Positions 18,896-26,951 are shown, counted from the stretch's first letter. The stretch: DNA of 64,000 nucleotides from a virus (IMGVR_UViG_3300020577_013934:1-64000); one strand, 5' to 3'. The notes: generated by a model from the letters alone, not told the origin. Program-made: numbers and translations.

Positions 18896-19402
18896 ATGGA
18901 GAAGATCGAGTTCAACGGCACGACCATCGAAGCCGAAGTTCTGGAGCGTGACCACGACGGGCATCCGCGCCGCATCCGCTACGAGGGCGCGGACCTGCTC
19001 TACCGCGACTCGGTGAGGGAGCAGTATCGTTGGCTCATGGTGGTGGGGTCCTCGCCGCTCCAGGCGGCGCGCGAGCTGCTCAAGGCCGACTACGAGGCCG
19101 ACGTGAAGCTCATCGCGGACGACGTGCGCGAGCGCGTCGCCCGCGACGAGCTCGACTCGCGCTTGGCGATCGAGCGCTTCGTGCGTGAGAGCGTGGACGG
19201 TAGTTATCGCCTGTCGAACACGGCCGCGCAGCGGGAGATCCTGACGTACACGTCCAACCCTGCGGGAGCAGAGGAGGCTTCGGATCTCACGCTCGCGGCT
19301 TACGCCGCCTTCATCGCGGACGTGTACGATGCCCTTGGCGACATCGACGAGCTGTTGGCAGCGGAAGACGGAGATGACGACGATGAACACGACACGGCCT
19401 AA
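18896..19402 (+). CDS. Hypothetical protein
   Basis: GGAGG SD. Confidence 0.8.
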   Translation: MEKIEFNGTTIEAEVLERDHDGHPRRIRYEGADLLYRDSVREQYRWLMVVGSSPLQAARELLKADYEADVKLIADDVRERVARDELDSRLAIERFVRESVDGSYRLSNTAAQREILTYTSNPAGAEEASDLTLAAYAAFIADVYDALGDIDELLAAEDGDDDDEHDTA

Positions 19403-19718
19403 GACCCCGGAGCTCGACAAGCTCCGCGCGGCGAAGGAGGACCTCGACTACGTCAGCCTGAGCAACTTCCTCGACTGGCTCAAGGCCAACGGCTGGGAGA
19501 TCACCAGCCGCGACCCCACCCATCCCGTACCCACCAACTTCGACCAGCTCTTCGCGCGCTACGCGCAGATCGACATGTCGAAGATCGACACCGAGACCAA
19601 GGCGCTCGTCGACTGGCACGGCCACGCGCGCGTGGCGCCGACCGGGCCGCCGGCCGCGCCCCTCGTCGCGCTGGCCGTGGCCGCGACGCCGCCGCTCACG
19701 CCCAAGGAGAACCCGTGA
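19383..19718 (+). CDS. Hypothetical protein
   Basis: GGAG SD; GC3 bias. Confidence 0.75.
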   Translation: MNTTRPKTPELDKLRAAKEDLDYVSLSNFLDWLKANGWEITSRDPTHPVPTNFDQLFARYAQIDMSKIDTETKALVDWHGHARVAPTGPPAAPLVALAVAATPPLTPKENP

Positions 19719-20047
19719 CCAAGCCCAAGACCAAGCCCAAGACCAAGCCGCCCACCCGCTACGATCAGCCGATCAAGATCTTCTGAGCCGTCGTCGTGCG
19801 CTTCGGTCCGAAGTGCGAACGCGGCTTTCTCCCCGTCTACTCCGTCGCCGACGAGCGCGAGGCCGAGGACCTGCTCCTCGCCGCGTGCGGACGCAACCTC
19901 GACGGCGAGTTCGTGGCCAAAGAACTCGCCGCGCACCAGACCCTCGACAACCTCAAGGCGTTCAGCGACCGCCTCCACGCGGTCCACGCGCACCTGCGCG
20001 AGCGCGGCAAGTGCCGCTGCGTCGCCCCCGAGCCCCATACGCCGTAA
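19715..20047 (+). CDS. Gene with in-frame TGA (19784-19786); candidate selenoprotein or nonsense pseudogene
   Basis: AAGGAG SD plus GTG 19715; frame continues after TGA to TAA 20047; SECIS-like hairpin 19798-19816. Confidence 0.6.
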
Positions 20048-20111
20048 ACCTCCGGGCGGGGCAGGGTACAAGTACATAGACAGGAAGTACTGCCCCTCCA
20101 AGGAGTTCACC

Positions 20112-20948
20112 ATGAAGCAGCTCATCAAGAAGATCTTCGGCCTCTGGATTCTCTGCGCCCTGCTTGCCGCGTGCGGCGCGGCGGTCGGTGCCGGCGGCGA
20201 CGCCAGCGCCGAGCAGCAGACGCTCGTGACCCCCGACGGCGCCGGCCCCGTGGCCGACGCCGCCCAGCCCACCGACGACGCCGCCCTCGCGGACGACGCC
20301 GTCACCCTCGGCGACGCCGCGCCCGTGGGCGACGGCGCGCAACCCGGCGCCGACGCGAGCGACGCCGCCGTCTCCACGGACGGGGCGCCCCGCGCCGACG
20401 CCTTCGACGAGTCGCCCGCCGTCTGCGGCGGGTGCTTCCTCGGCGCCGCGTGCGTGCCGTCCACGCCCATGGCGTGCGGCTCGAACTCGGCGTGCGTGCG
20501 CTGCCCGACGCCGCGCGTGCCCGAGTGCCAGGAGGCGACCTGCACCGACGGCGCGTGCGGCATCCGCAACCGGCCCAACGGCACGGGCTGCACCGGCGGC
20601 GTCTGCGTGGCCGGCGCGTGCTACGCGTGCGGCACCAGCGACAACGAGTGCTGCCCCGCCGGCAACCGCTGCAACCCCGGCCTGACGTGCGTCGCCGCCA
20701 CGGGCAGCACGTTCCAGTACTGCACGGGCTGCGGCGCCGCCGGGCAGGCGTGCTGCGGCTCCGGCGTGGGTACCGTGACCAGCGGCGGCAGCATGCCCGT
20801 CGCCCGCAACCCGGGCGGCACGTGCAACGCGGGTCTGTCCTGCAACGCCGAGGGCGCGTGCACGTGCGGCGGCCTCGGCGAGGCGTGCTGCACGGGCTTC
20901 ACGTGCCGCGAGGGTCGCTGCCGCCACGACGGGACGTGCGGGGTCTGA
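20112..20948 (+). CDS. Cys-rich lipoprotein of myxobacterial type
   Basis: Signal peptide with lipobox LAAC(21); D/A-rich linker; 30 Cys in the C-terminal domain with CGxxG(Q/E)xCC repeats. Confidence 0.85.
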   Translation: MKQLIKKIFGLWILCALLAACGAAVGAGGDASAEQQTLVTPDGAGPVADAAQPTDDAALADDAVTLGDAAPVGDGAQPGADASDAAVSTDGAPRADAFDESPAVCGGCFLGAACVPSTPMACGSNSACVRCPTPRVPECQEATCTDGACGIRNRPNGTGCTGGVCVAGACYACGTSDNECCPAGNRCNPGLTCVAATGSTFQYCTGCGAAGQACCGSGVGTVTSGGSMPVARNPGGTCNAGLSCNAEGACTCGGLGEACCTGFTCREGRCRHDGTCGV

Positions 20949-20949
20949 C

Positions 20950-21447
20950 ATGAAGCTGGAAGCCGCCTGCGACAACCCGCTCTGCCCCGCGAAGTACCGC
21001 ATCACCTTCGCGCCCCACCCCAACGCCGACGACATGTTCACCCCGATGCGCGAGGCGGGGTGGCACGTCGGTCCCCACGGCGAGACCGTGCTCTGCCCTG
21101 AGCACGCGCCGCCCAAGCCCGCACCCACGGGCAAGACCGTCAAGCTGCTCGCGCAGCGCTGGACCGAGCACGAGCGCGGCTGGGGCTCGCGCCCCGACGG
21201 CGTGACGCCCCACCTCGATCAGGCGTCGCGCCTCGCGTACATCCGCGAGTTCAACGCGACGCACAACACCGCGAAGACCGCGCCCGACGAGTACACGCAG
21301 TTCGACGGCGACCCGGTGTGGATCGACGTGCCCGAGGGCGGAGAGATCCACGCCAAGGTCCTCGCGACGCTGGCCGGGGGCAAGCCGCTCTGGGTCCACT
21401 CGGTCCACCAGGACAAGGACACCGGCGCGTGGACGGTCAAGCTCTAG
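20950..21447 (+). CDS. Hypothetical protein
   Basis: 165 aa; QRWTEHERGWGSRPDG motif. Confidence 0.8.
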   Translation: MKLEAACDNPLCPAKYRITFAPHPNADDMFTPMREAGWHVGPHGETVLCPEHAPPKPAPTGKTVKLLAQRWTEHERGWGSRPDGVTPHLDQASRLAYIREFNATHNTAKTAPDEYTQFDGDPVWIDVPEGGEIHAKVLATLAGGKPLWVHSVHQDKDTGAWTVKL

Positions 21448-21725
21448 CCCGCGCCAAGCAGATCGCCGCCGAGGTGCGCGCGTGGCTCGCCACGTACCAC
21501 TGCCTCGGCGGCGAGCAGTTTCACCTCGGCCCCGAGGGCAGCGGCGTCGTCCTCGTCATGGACTTCGCCGCCTGCCCGATCGTCGGGTACCTCGACCAGT
21601 ACGGGCACGCCGAGCTGGTCAACGACCTCTTTCGACGCCTCGACAAGATGGGCCTGTACGTGAAGCGCGGGCCCGTCTTCTCGACGCTCCACGTCTTCGA
21701 CAAGTCCGACCTTCCACCCGCGTGA
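21429..21725 (+). CDS. Hypothetical protein
   Basis: GTG 21429; GC3 bias. Confidence 0.65.
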   Translation: MDGQALARAKQIAAEVRAWLATYHCLGGEQFHLGPEGSGVVLVMDFAACPIVGYLDQYGHAELVNDLFRRLDKMGLYVKRGPVFSTLHVFDKSDLPPA

Positions 21726-21774
21726 CACGCTTACTTACGCCGTAACGCCACACCTAACACGGAGCACACAACCC

Positions 21775-22251
21775 ATGTCCAACAGGATCGTCTACATCAT
21801 GCGCGGCCTCCCCGGCTCGGGGAAGTCGACCATGGCCAAGAACATGGCCGGCGCGACCGGCCGCGTCGTCTCGGCCGACGACTTCTTCATGGTCGACGGC
21901 GAGTACCGCTTCGACGTCGCCAAGCTCGGCGAGGCGCACGGCCAGTGCATGCGCCGCGCGATCGAGCACGTGCAGCGCGACGTCGAGGCCCCGCTCGTCG
22001 TCGACAACACCAACATCTCGAACGTCGAGATCGCGCCGTACGTGCTGCTCGCGCAGGCGTACGGCTGGTTCCCGCAGATCCTGACGCTCCACTCCGAGAG
22101 CGCCTACGTCGTGAGCGTCTGCGCCAAGCGCAACTCTCACGGCGTCCCCATCGAGCGCGTCACGGCGATGTTCGAGCAGCTCCTGCGGGAGCTGCCCGCG
22201 ACGCCGCCGTGGTGGAGCCAGCAGGTCCTGACGCCGGTGATCGGGTCGTGA
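21775..22251 (+). CDS. AAA_33 / N4BP2-like P-loop (polynucleotide) kinase
   Basis: MRGLPGSGKST, SADDFF, EAHGQC, VVDNTN. Confidence 0.88.
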   Translation: MSNRIVYIMRGLPGSGKSTMAKNMAGATGRVVSADDFFMVDGEYRFDVAKLGEAHGQCMRRAIEHVQRDVEAPLVVDNTNISNVEIAPYVLLAQAYGWFPQILTLHSESAYVVSVCAKRNSHGVPIERVTAMFEQLLRELPATPPWWSQQVLTPVIGS

Positions 22252-22919
22252 CGGCCGTCGTCAAGGCGTTCCGCCACCAGGACAAGCTGGTCTGCATTCG
22301 CGTCGACGAAGACCCGCAGGACCCGCGCAAGGAGTGGGACAACGCGGGGATCTTCTGGGCGTGGCACCGGCGCTATACGATCGGCGACAAGGACGAGGTC
22401 ACGCGCCACGGCAAGACGTTCCGCAAGTCGGACTTCGATCCGAGCGACTTCGGGAACTTCGGCGAGCTCGCCGACGCGATCTACGCGAAGCACCGCGCCG
22501 TGCTCGTGCTGCCGGTCTACTTGATGGACCACAGCGGACTGTCGCTCTCGGTGAGCGACTTCCGCGATCGGTGGGACTCAGGCCAGCTCGGCGTGATCTG
22601 GCTGCCTCGCGAGGGGCTGGCGGACATCGGCTACAAGATCGCGTCGAAGGGCGCGCTCGCGAAGGCCGAGGACCTGCTCAAGTCCGAGGTCGCCGTCCAG
22701 GACGCGTACGTCTCGGGCAGCGTCTTCGGCTGGGAGTCGTACGCCCTGGTCGAGCGCGACGGCGAGCCCGCCAAGGGCGAGTTCCTCGACTCGTGCTGGG
22801 GCTACTACGGGATCTCCGAGGTCCCGTACATGCTCGAATGCGCGCTCGGGTCGCCCGAGGCTGCGAAGGCGGCCGAGGAGCTCGACGAGCGCGACGCGCG
22901 CGAACTGGACGCTGCGTGA
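22248..22919 (+). CDS. Conserved hypothetical phage protein
   Basis: WDNAG..WHRRYTIGD, LPVYLMDHSGLSLS..F.DRWDSGQLG, DSCWGYYG. Confidence 0.85.
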   Translation: MTAVVKAFRHQDKLVCIRVDEDPQDPRKEWDNAGIFWAWHRRYTIGDKDEVTRHGKTFRKSDFDPSDFGNFGELADAIYAKHRAVLVLPVYLMDHSGLSLSVSDFRDRWDSGQLGVIWLPREGLADIGYKIASKGALAKAEDLLKSEVAVQDAYVSGSVFGWESYALVERDGEPAKGEFLDSCWGYYGISEVPYMLECALGSPEAAKAAEELDERDARELDAA

Positions 22920-22940
22920 ACTTCGGGTGGGTTCGGAGGC

Positions 22941-23171
22941 ATGAGCGACACCGACGCCAAGGCTTCCGAACCCACCACCCTCCGGACGCGCCAGCGCATC
23001 CGCAAGGCGATCGACAAGCACCTCGCCACCATGGAGACCTCCGAGAACCTCGACACGGCCGCGAAGCACGCGGCCATCGTCGGTTCTTTGGCCGCCACGA
23101 ACGAAGCGCTCGTGCCGATCTACCAGAACGTCGGTGGCGACCCCCGTGCTATCACGACGCCGATTGATTGA
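22941..23171 (+). CDS. Hypothetical protein
   Basis: GGAGG SD. Confidence 0.75.
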   Translation: MSDTDAKASEPTTLRTRQRIRKAIDKHLATMETSENLDTAAKHAAIVGSLAATNEALVPIYQNVGGDPRAITTPID

Positions 23172-23177
23172 CCTCCG

Positions 23178-23203
23178 GGAGTTTACCGCGTACGGTAAAC
23201 TCC
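23178..23203. promoter_or_regulatory. Palindromic operator GGAGTTTACCG-CGTA-CGGTAAACTCC directly before ATG 23204
   Basis: Core 20-mer is the exact reverse complement of 30438-30457. Confidence 0.75.
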
Positions 23204-23392
23204 ATGAAGGTCAAGCTACACAACAACCACCCGGGCGCCGTCGCCGCGACGGACAACACCCTCAAGACCCTCGGCGGTGGCGTCCACGAGCTCAAGCGCG
23301 ACCCGAACGGCAACGTCATCTTCGACGAAGATGGGTTTGCCGAGGTCGCGACCACCAACCCTGGCTTCTTCAAGTTCGCTTACACCCGCTAG
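23204..23392 (+). CDS. Small hypothetical protein; TAG stop with plausible readthrough to TGA 23419
   Basis: ...FFKFAYTR-TAG-GYVAEVRD-TGA immediately before tmRNA. Confidence 0.7.
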   Translation: MKVKLHNNHPGAVAATDNTLKTLGGGVHELKRDPNGNVIFDEDGFAEVATTNPGFFKFAYTR

Positions 23393-23425
23393 GGCTACGT
23401 GGCAGAAGTACGCGACTGACCCTTC

Positions 23426-23773
23426 GGGGGCGAAACGGCTTCGACGTGGAGAACTAGGTCGAGACTGCGTCACAGGGCTGGGCCACCTCACGGCTTACGT
23501 AGAAACGCGAACGACAACGCGATGCTCGCAGCGGCCTGATAAGCCCCTGCGACGTCCTCGGGGCAGGCCGGCTCGGGTCGGCTTCGGGGGCGCAATCAAT
23601 CCGAGCTAGCGAGCGCGGGCGGTGCGGCCGGCGCGGGCGAGACACGCAGCACCAGACCAGACGAGACCCCGCCCGTGGGGATGCTCGGCGGGAGAAGAGA
23701 CACGCGGGACAGGTGACGTAGACGTCCGGCGGAACGCTTCGCGGACCCGGGTTCGACTCCCGGCGCCTCCACC
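23426..23773 (+). ncRNA. ssrA: tmRNA (one-piece); tag (A)ANDNAMLAAA
   Basis: 5' GGGGGCGAAACGGCTTCGAC; 3' GGGTTCGACTCCCGGCGCCTCCACC; G3-U alanine pair; tag ORF 23507-23539 followed by TGA TAA. Confidence 0.95.
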
Positions 23774-23794
23774 CTTCGTTCGCAGCGACAGGAC

Positions 23795-23842
23795 CCGACG
23801 GCCGGCAGGAGTGGAGACCCTGCCGGCCGTCGGCTTTTCTTT
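23795..23842 (+). terminator. Rho-independent terminator after tmRNA
   Basis: 15-bp stem CCGACGGCCGGCAGG/CCTGCCGGCCGTCGG plus CTTTTCTTT. Confidence 0.9.
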
Positions 23843-23868
23843 GGCCGTTACGCCGTATACTTCGGGCC

Positions 23869-24639
23869 ATGAGCACCTTCCGTTTCGTCGACGCCGGCAT
23901 GTACTGCCTCCAGCAGACCGTCTCCGGGACGGGTGTGTTCAGCGGCGTGCGCCTCGGCTACGCGACGTACAGCTACAACTCGGGTGGGGCCCAATTCGAC
24001 GTGCGCTTCCCGCACCTCGGCACCGACGGCAACGCGTACAAGTTCCAGATGGACGCGCCGCCGAACACTGTGCCGGTGGCGAAGACGACCGCGTTTTTCG
24101 ACAAGTCGTCCAAGACGCTGCGCGTGCAGCTGCGTGGCACGTCCGCCGCGATCACGTCCACTGCGCAAGAGGTCGTCGACGCGATCAACGGGCTCGACCG
24201 CCCGCTTTACGGCGCCGCGCTCGTCGCGGGCGCGGTAATCCCTGCCAGCCTCGCGCCCGTCAACCTCGCGGGCGGCCTCGACCCCGACCTCGCGGCCGGC
24301 TACGCGTTCCCCAAGCTCGCGCCCCCGGCCAACACGAACGGCGGCCTGTTCTACTTCGACCAGAACCGTCCCTGGAAGCTCCAGACCGTGGGCGGCGCGC
24401 TCGGCGCAGACGCGACGCTCAAGGTGTCCATCGTCAACGTGGACAAGGCGCTGCGCGTCATCGGCACGGCGGCCGTGGTACTGTCGTCGCAGAACCTCAC
24501 GACCCCGTGGCAGCCGACCGGCACGCGCATCGACGTGCCGGTGATGCCGGGGCAGGCCGTGCAGGTTACCGCCAACACGCAGGGCACGGTCTTCGTGACG
24601 GCGGCCTCCCTCACCGCGATGGACAACATCTCCGACTGA
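23869..24639 (+). CDS. Putative virion structural protein, paralog of 28677-29471
   Basis: Shared VSGTGxFxG, TAxEVxxAxN, GGxDP, PPxNxNxG and PGQ motifs; TATACT 7 nt upstream. Confidence 0.75.
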   Translation: MSTFRFVDAGMYCLQQTVSGTGVFSGVRLGYATYSYNSGGAQFDVRFPHLGTDGNAYKFQMDAPPNTVPVAKTTAFFDKSSKTLRVQLRGTSAAITSTAQEVVDAINGLDRPLYGAALVAGAVIPASLAPVNLAGGLDPDLAAGYAFPKLAPPANTNGGLFYFDQNRPWKLQTVGGALGADATLKVSIVNVDKALRVIGTAAVVLSSQNLTTPWQPTGTRIDVPVMPGQAVQVTANTQGTVFVTAASLTAMDNISD

Positions 24640-24842
24640 TGGGCGACGCGAAGTTCACACCCCCGACCAACGCCTCGACGATCGCCGACGGGCCGTGCCC
24701 GTTCTGTTCCGGCACCTACGCCGTCTGCCGCGACAACGACACGGGCGACCCGTTCCTCACGCACACGATGGAGCCGTGCGCGCAGTTCGTCGCGTTCGAG
24801 CCCGACGTGTACCTGCGGTGCGTCCGCCAGGGCGTGAATTGA
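24639..24842 (+). CDS. Small Cys-containing hypothetical protein
   Basis: TGATG coupling; CPFC motif. Confidence 0.7.
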   Translation: MGDAKFTPPTNASTIADGPCPFCSGTYAVCRDNDTGDPFLTHTMEPCAQFVAFEPDVYLRCVRQGVN

Positions 24843-24873
24843 CAGCGCGCCCGGCGCTGCCTACGCTCCTCCC

Positions 24874-24894
24874 ATGATCACCGACCTGATGTAG
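24874..24894 (+). other. Leaderless minigene MITDLM-TAG upstream of and in frame with 24973
   Basis: TACGCT -10 six nt before ATG 24874; TAG 24892-24894; no further stop before ATG 24973. Confidence 0.4.
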
Positions 24895-24972
24895 CTGTCG
24901 CCGTCGCGCGGACCTCCCTCCGAGAGCCGGTCTCCCACCGCGTTCTCTCGTCCGAGTTCAGGAGGTTCCGTC

Positions 24973-25260
24973 ATGTCGAAGATCAAGCTGTTCATCAAGT
25001 CTCAGGCCGAGGCCCAGTCGTCGCACCGCCGCGCGCGTCCCCGCGACGCCGGGTGGGCCTCGAACCGCCTCGCGATCCGCCGCACCGCCCGCGCGGCGCT
25101 GCTGCTCTACGCGTTCTCGCGCGGCGTCGCGTACACCAAGCTGGAGCGCCGGGCGCACGAGCCACCGCCCGTGTGGCTCGCCGCCAAGCTCTCGGCGGAG
25201 CTGTGCGAGGCCCCCGTCACGGAAGGAGCGCTGTCCGCATGGACGACCGCTGCTACGTGA
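24973..25260 (+). CDS. Conserved phage hypothetical protein
   Basis: AGGAGG SD; IRRTARAALLLYAFSRGVAYTKLE motif. Confidence 0.8.
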   Translation: MSKIKLFIKSQAEAQSSHRRARPRDAGWASNRLAIRRTARAALLLYAFSRGVAYTKLERRAHEPPPVWLAAKLSAELCEAPVTEGALSAWTTAAT

Positions 25261-25547
25261 TCACGCGGTCCGACCTGCCCGTGCCCCAGCAGGCCGTGCA
25301 GGCGGCGCACGCCGCCCAGACCTTCGCCGGTCGCCACCCCGGCGACTACGCGCAGACCACGCTCGTCGTGCTCACCGTGCCCGACGAGCCGGCGCTCCGG
25401 GCACTGCGCGCACGCTTCGAGGCCACGCCCGCGCGCCTCGCCGCGTTCCACGAGCCCGACCGGGGCGGCGAGCTCACGGCGTTCTGCGCGGCCGGCGCCC
25501 CGGCGCGGCGGCTGTGCGCGCGCCTGCCGATGGCCTTCACGCCGTAA
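25239..25547 (+). CDS. Peptidyl-tRNA hydrolase, Pth2-like
   Basis: YVITRSDL..QAVQAAHA, LVVLTVPDE..L, FHEPD.GGELTA. Confidence 0.85.
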   Translation: MDDRCYVITRSDLPVPQQAVQAAHAAQTFAGRHPGDYAQTTLVVLTVPDEPALRALRARFEATPARLAAFHEPDRGGELTAFCAAGAPARRLCARLPMAFTP

Positions 25548-25567
25548 AGCCGCCTACGCTTTCGTGC

Positions 25568-25891
25568 GTGAAGGCATCGCGCTACGCGCTCGACCACCTC
25601 CCCGCCGACAACCGACGCCTCGCCCTGCGCCTCTACAAGACTGAGATCCGCGCGCTGCTCGACGCGGCGAAGGACCGGCCCTGCGCGCGCTGCCGACAGG
25701 CGTTCCCGATCTGCTGCATGCAGTTCGACCACCTGCCAGGCACGCGCAAGCGCTTCAACCTGAGCGAGGCGCGCGCCGGGTTGATCCCGCGCCACGTCGT
25801 GTTACAAGAGCTCAAGAAGTGCGAGGTCGTGTGCGCGAACTGCCACGCAATCCGCGAGGACGAGCGGCGGCGTGTGTATGTCGCTGCGTGA
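25568..25891 (+). CDS. HNH-like endonuclease, paralog of 16130-16543
   Basis: CARC..MQFDH...KCEVVCANCHAIR. Confidence 0.8.
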   Translation: MKASRYALDHLPADNRRLALRLYKTEIRALLDAAKDRPCARCRQAFPICCMQFDHLPGTRKRFNLSEARAGLIPRHVVLQELKKCEVVCANCHAIREDERRRVYVAA

Positions 25892-25892
25892 G

Positions 25893-25963
25893 CGCCCCGG
25901 ATGGGAGTCGAACCCATCTCACCGCGTTTAGAGCGCGGTGCCTGACCGCTAGGCTACCGGGAC
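25893..25963 (-). tRNA. Amber-suppressor tRNA (anticodon CUA), CCA not encoded
   Basis: GTCCCGG TA GCCT AGCGGTC AGGC A CCGCG CT-CTA-AA CGCGG TGAG ATGGG TTCGACT CCCAT CCGGGGC G. Confidence 0.9.
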
Positions 25964-26391
25964 TTGTTGCGCCCACAGTATGTGGGTAGCTGCGAGTCGC
26001 AGTTGGGACAGAGTAGACGGAGATTGCGGAGTCGGTTGTCGTTGTTGTGCCCGTTGATGTGATCGAGGCGCAGGGTAAGCGGCTTTCCGCGCCACGTATT
26101 GATCCCGCACAACGCACACACGTGTTTGAGTAGTCCCGCTTTCAGCAAGCGGCGCTTGAGAGGCCCACGGGCGTACGTGCTGTTGGCGACCAACACGGCT
26201 TTGAGCGGGGTGTCGGTGCTTCGGCGTGAGCGCCCGTGTGCTTTTCCAGTCCAGTGTGTCGTGTCGAGTTTACGCCGTTCGACTTCGCGTTTGACGTAGC
26301 GGTAGTTGCTTCCGACGATCGCGCGCCCGAGGGTACGTATGACGCCTGCGATGGAGACGTTCTGTCGTACGGCTCGCTCGAAGGCGTCCAT
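25954..26391 (-). CDS. HNH homing endonuclease
   Basis: SIAGVIRTLG..GSNYR; CALCG..LRLDHINGHNNDNRLRNLRLLCPNCDSQLPTY; stop lies inside the tRNA 5' end. Confidence 0.9.
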   Translation of the reverse strand: MDAFERAVRQNVSIAGVIRTLGRAIVGSNYRYVKREVERRKLDTTHWTGKAHGRSRRSTDTPLKAVLVANSTYARGPLKRRLLKAGLLKHVCALCGINTWRGKPLTLRLDHINGHNNDNRLRNLRLLCPNCDSQLPTYCGRNKSR

Positions 26392-26396
26392 TGGCG

Positions 26397-26912
26397 CTAA
26401 CCGAGGGTGACCCGTCCGCCGGGCGGGGTGCGGGGCATGTCGCCCGCCGAGGCGAGGCGCACGCGGCGCTGGAGGTGCTCGGTGATGTCCGTTTCGTTCT
26501 CGTACGAGACGACGAGCACGTCCTCGGCCACGGGCAGCACACCGCTCGTCTCCAGGTACGAGCGCACGAAGCGGCAGTTCTGGTAGTAGACGCCCAGGCC
26601 CCAACCGCCCTGGTCGCGGAACGCCCAGCCGATGCCGAAGAGCTTCTCCTGCCCGATGCCGGCGAGCGACGTGCGGTGGAGGTTCTCGACGAACGTCTGG
26701 AGCTGCGTCTGCATGCGCGGGGCGCGCGTCAGGACGCGGCGGATCTCGATGCCGCGCTCCAGGCCCGGCGTGAACGAGCGGCAGCCCGTCACCATGCCGA
26801 AGACGGCGTTCTGGCCCGCGCTGTCGTACTGGGGTCCGCCGAGGAACACCAGCGCGTTCTGGACCTCGAACGGCTGGATCTGGGAAGGGTCGATCTCGTT
26901 GTCGTTGCTCAT
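26397..26912 (-). CDS. Hypothetical protein, possibly tail-tube-like
   Basis: 171 aa; GVYYQNC...E.V.VSYE pattern; promoter upstream. Confidence 0.7.
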   Translation of the reverse strand: MSNDNEIDPSQIQPFEVQNALVFLGGPQYDSAGQNAVFGMVTGCRSFTPGLERGIEIRRVLTRAPRMQTQLQTFVENLHRTSLAGIGQEKLFGIGWAFRDQGGWGLGVYYQNCRFVRSYLETSGVLPVAEDVLVVSYENETDITEHLQRRVRLASAGDMPRTPPGGRVTLG

Positions 26913-26919
26913 GCCGACG

Positions 26920-26951
26920 ACACTACCACGACAGGGTAACTTGTCGAAGTA
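26920..26951 (-). promoter_or_regulatory. Phage promoter TTCGAC-AAGTTACCCTGTCGTGG-TAGTGT, leaderless
   Basis: 17-nt spacer; 7 nt to ATG 26912; similar to 5137-5166. Confidence 0.65.

Noticed and set aside
19715-19750. 9-bp ACCAAGCCC x3 tandem repeat (TKP) as a phase-variation switch
   Set aside because: The unit is a multiple of 3, so changes in copy number would not shift the frame.
25893-25963. Pyrrolysine tRNA
   Set aside because: It has a canonical D-loop GG, TTCGA T-loop, 5-bp anticodon stem and 4-nt variable loop, unlike tRNA-Pyl; no pylS is seen.
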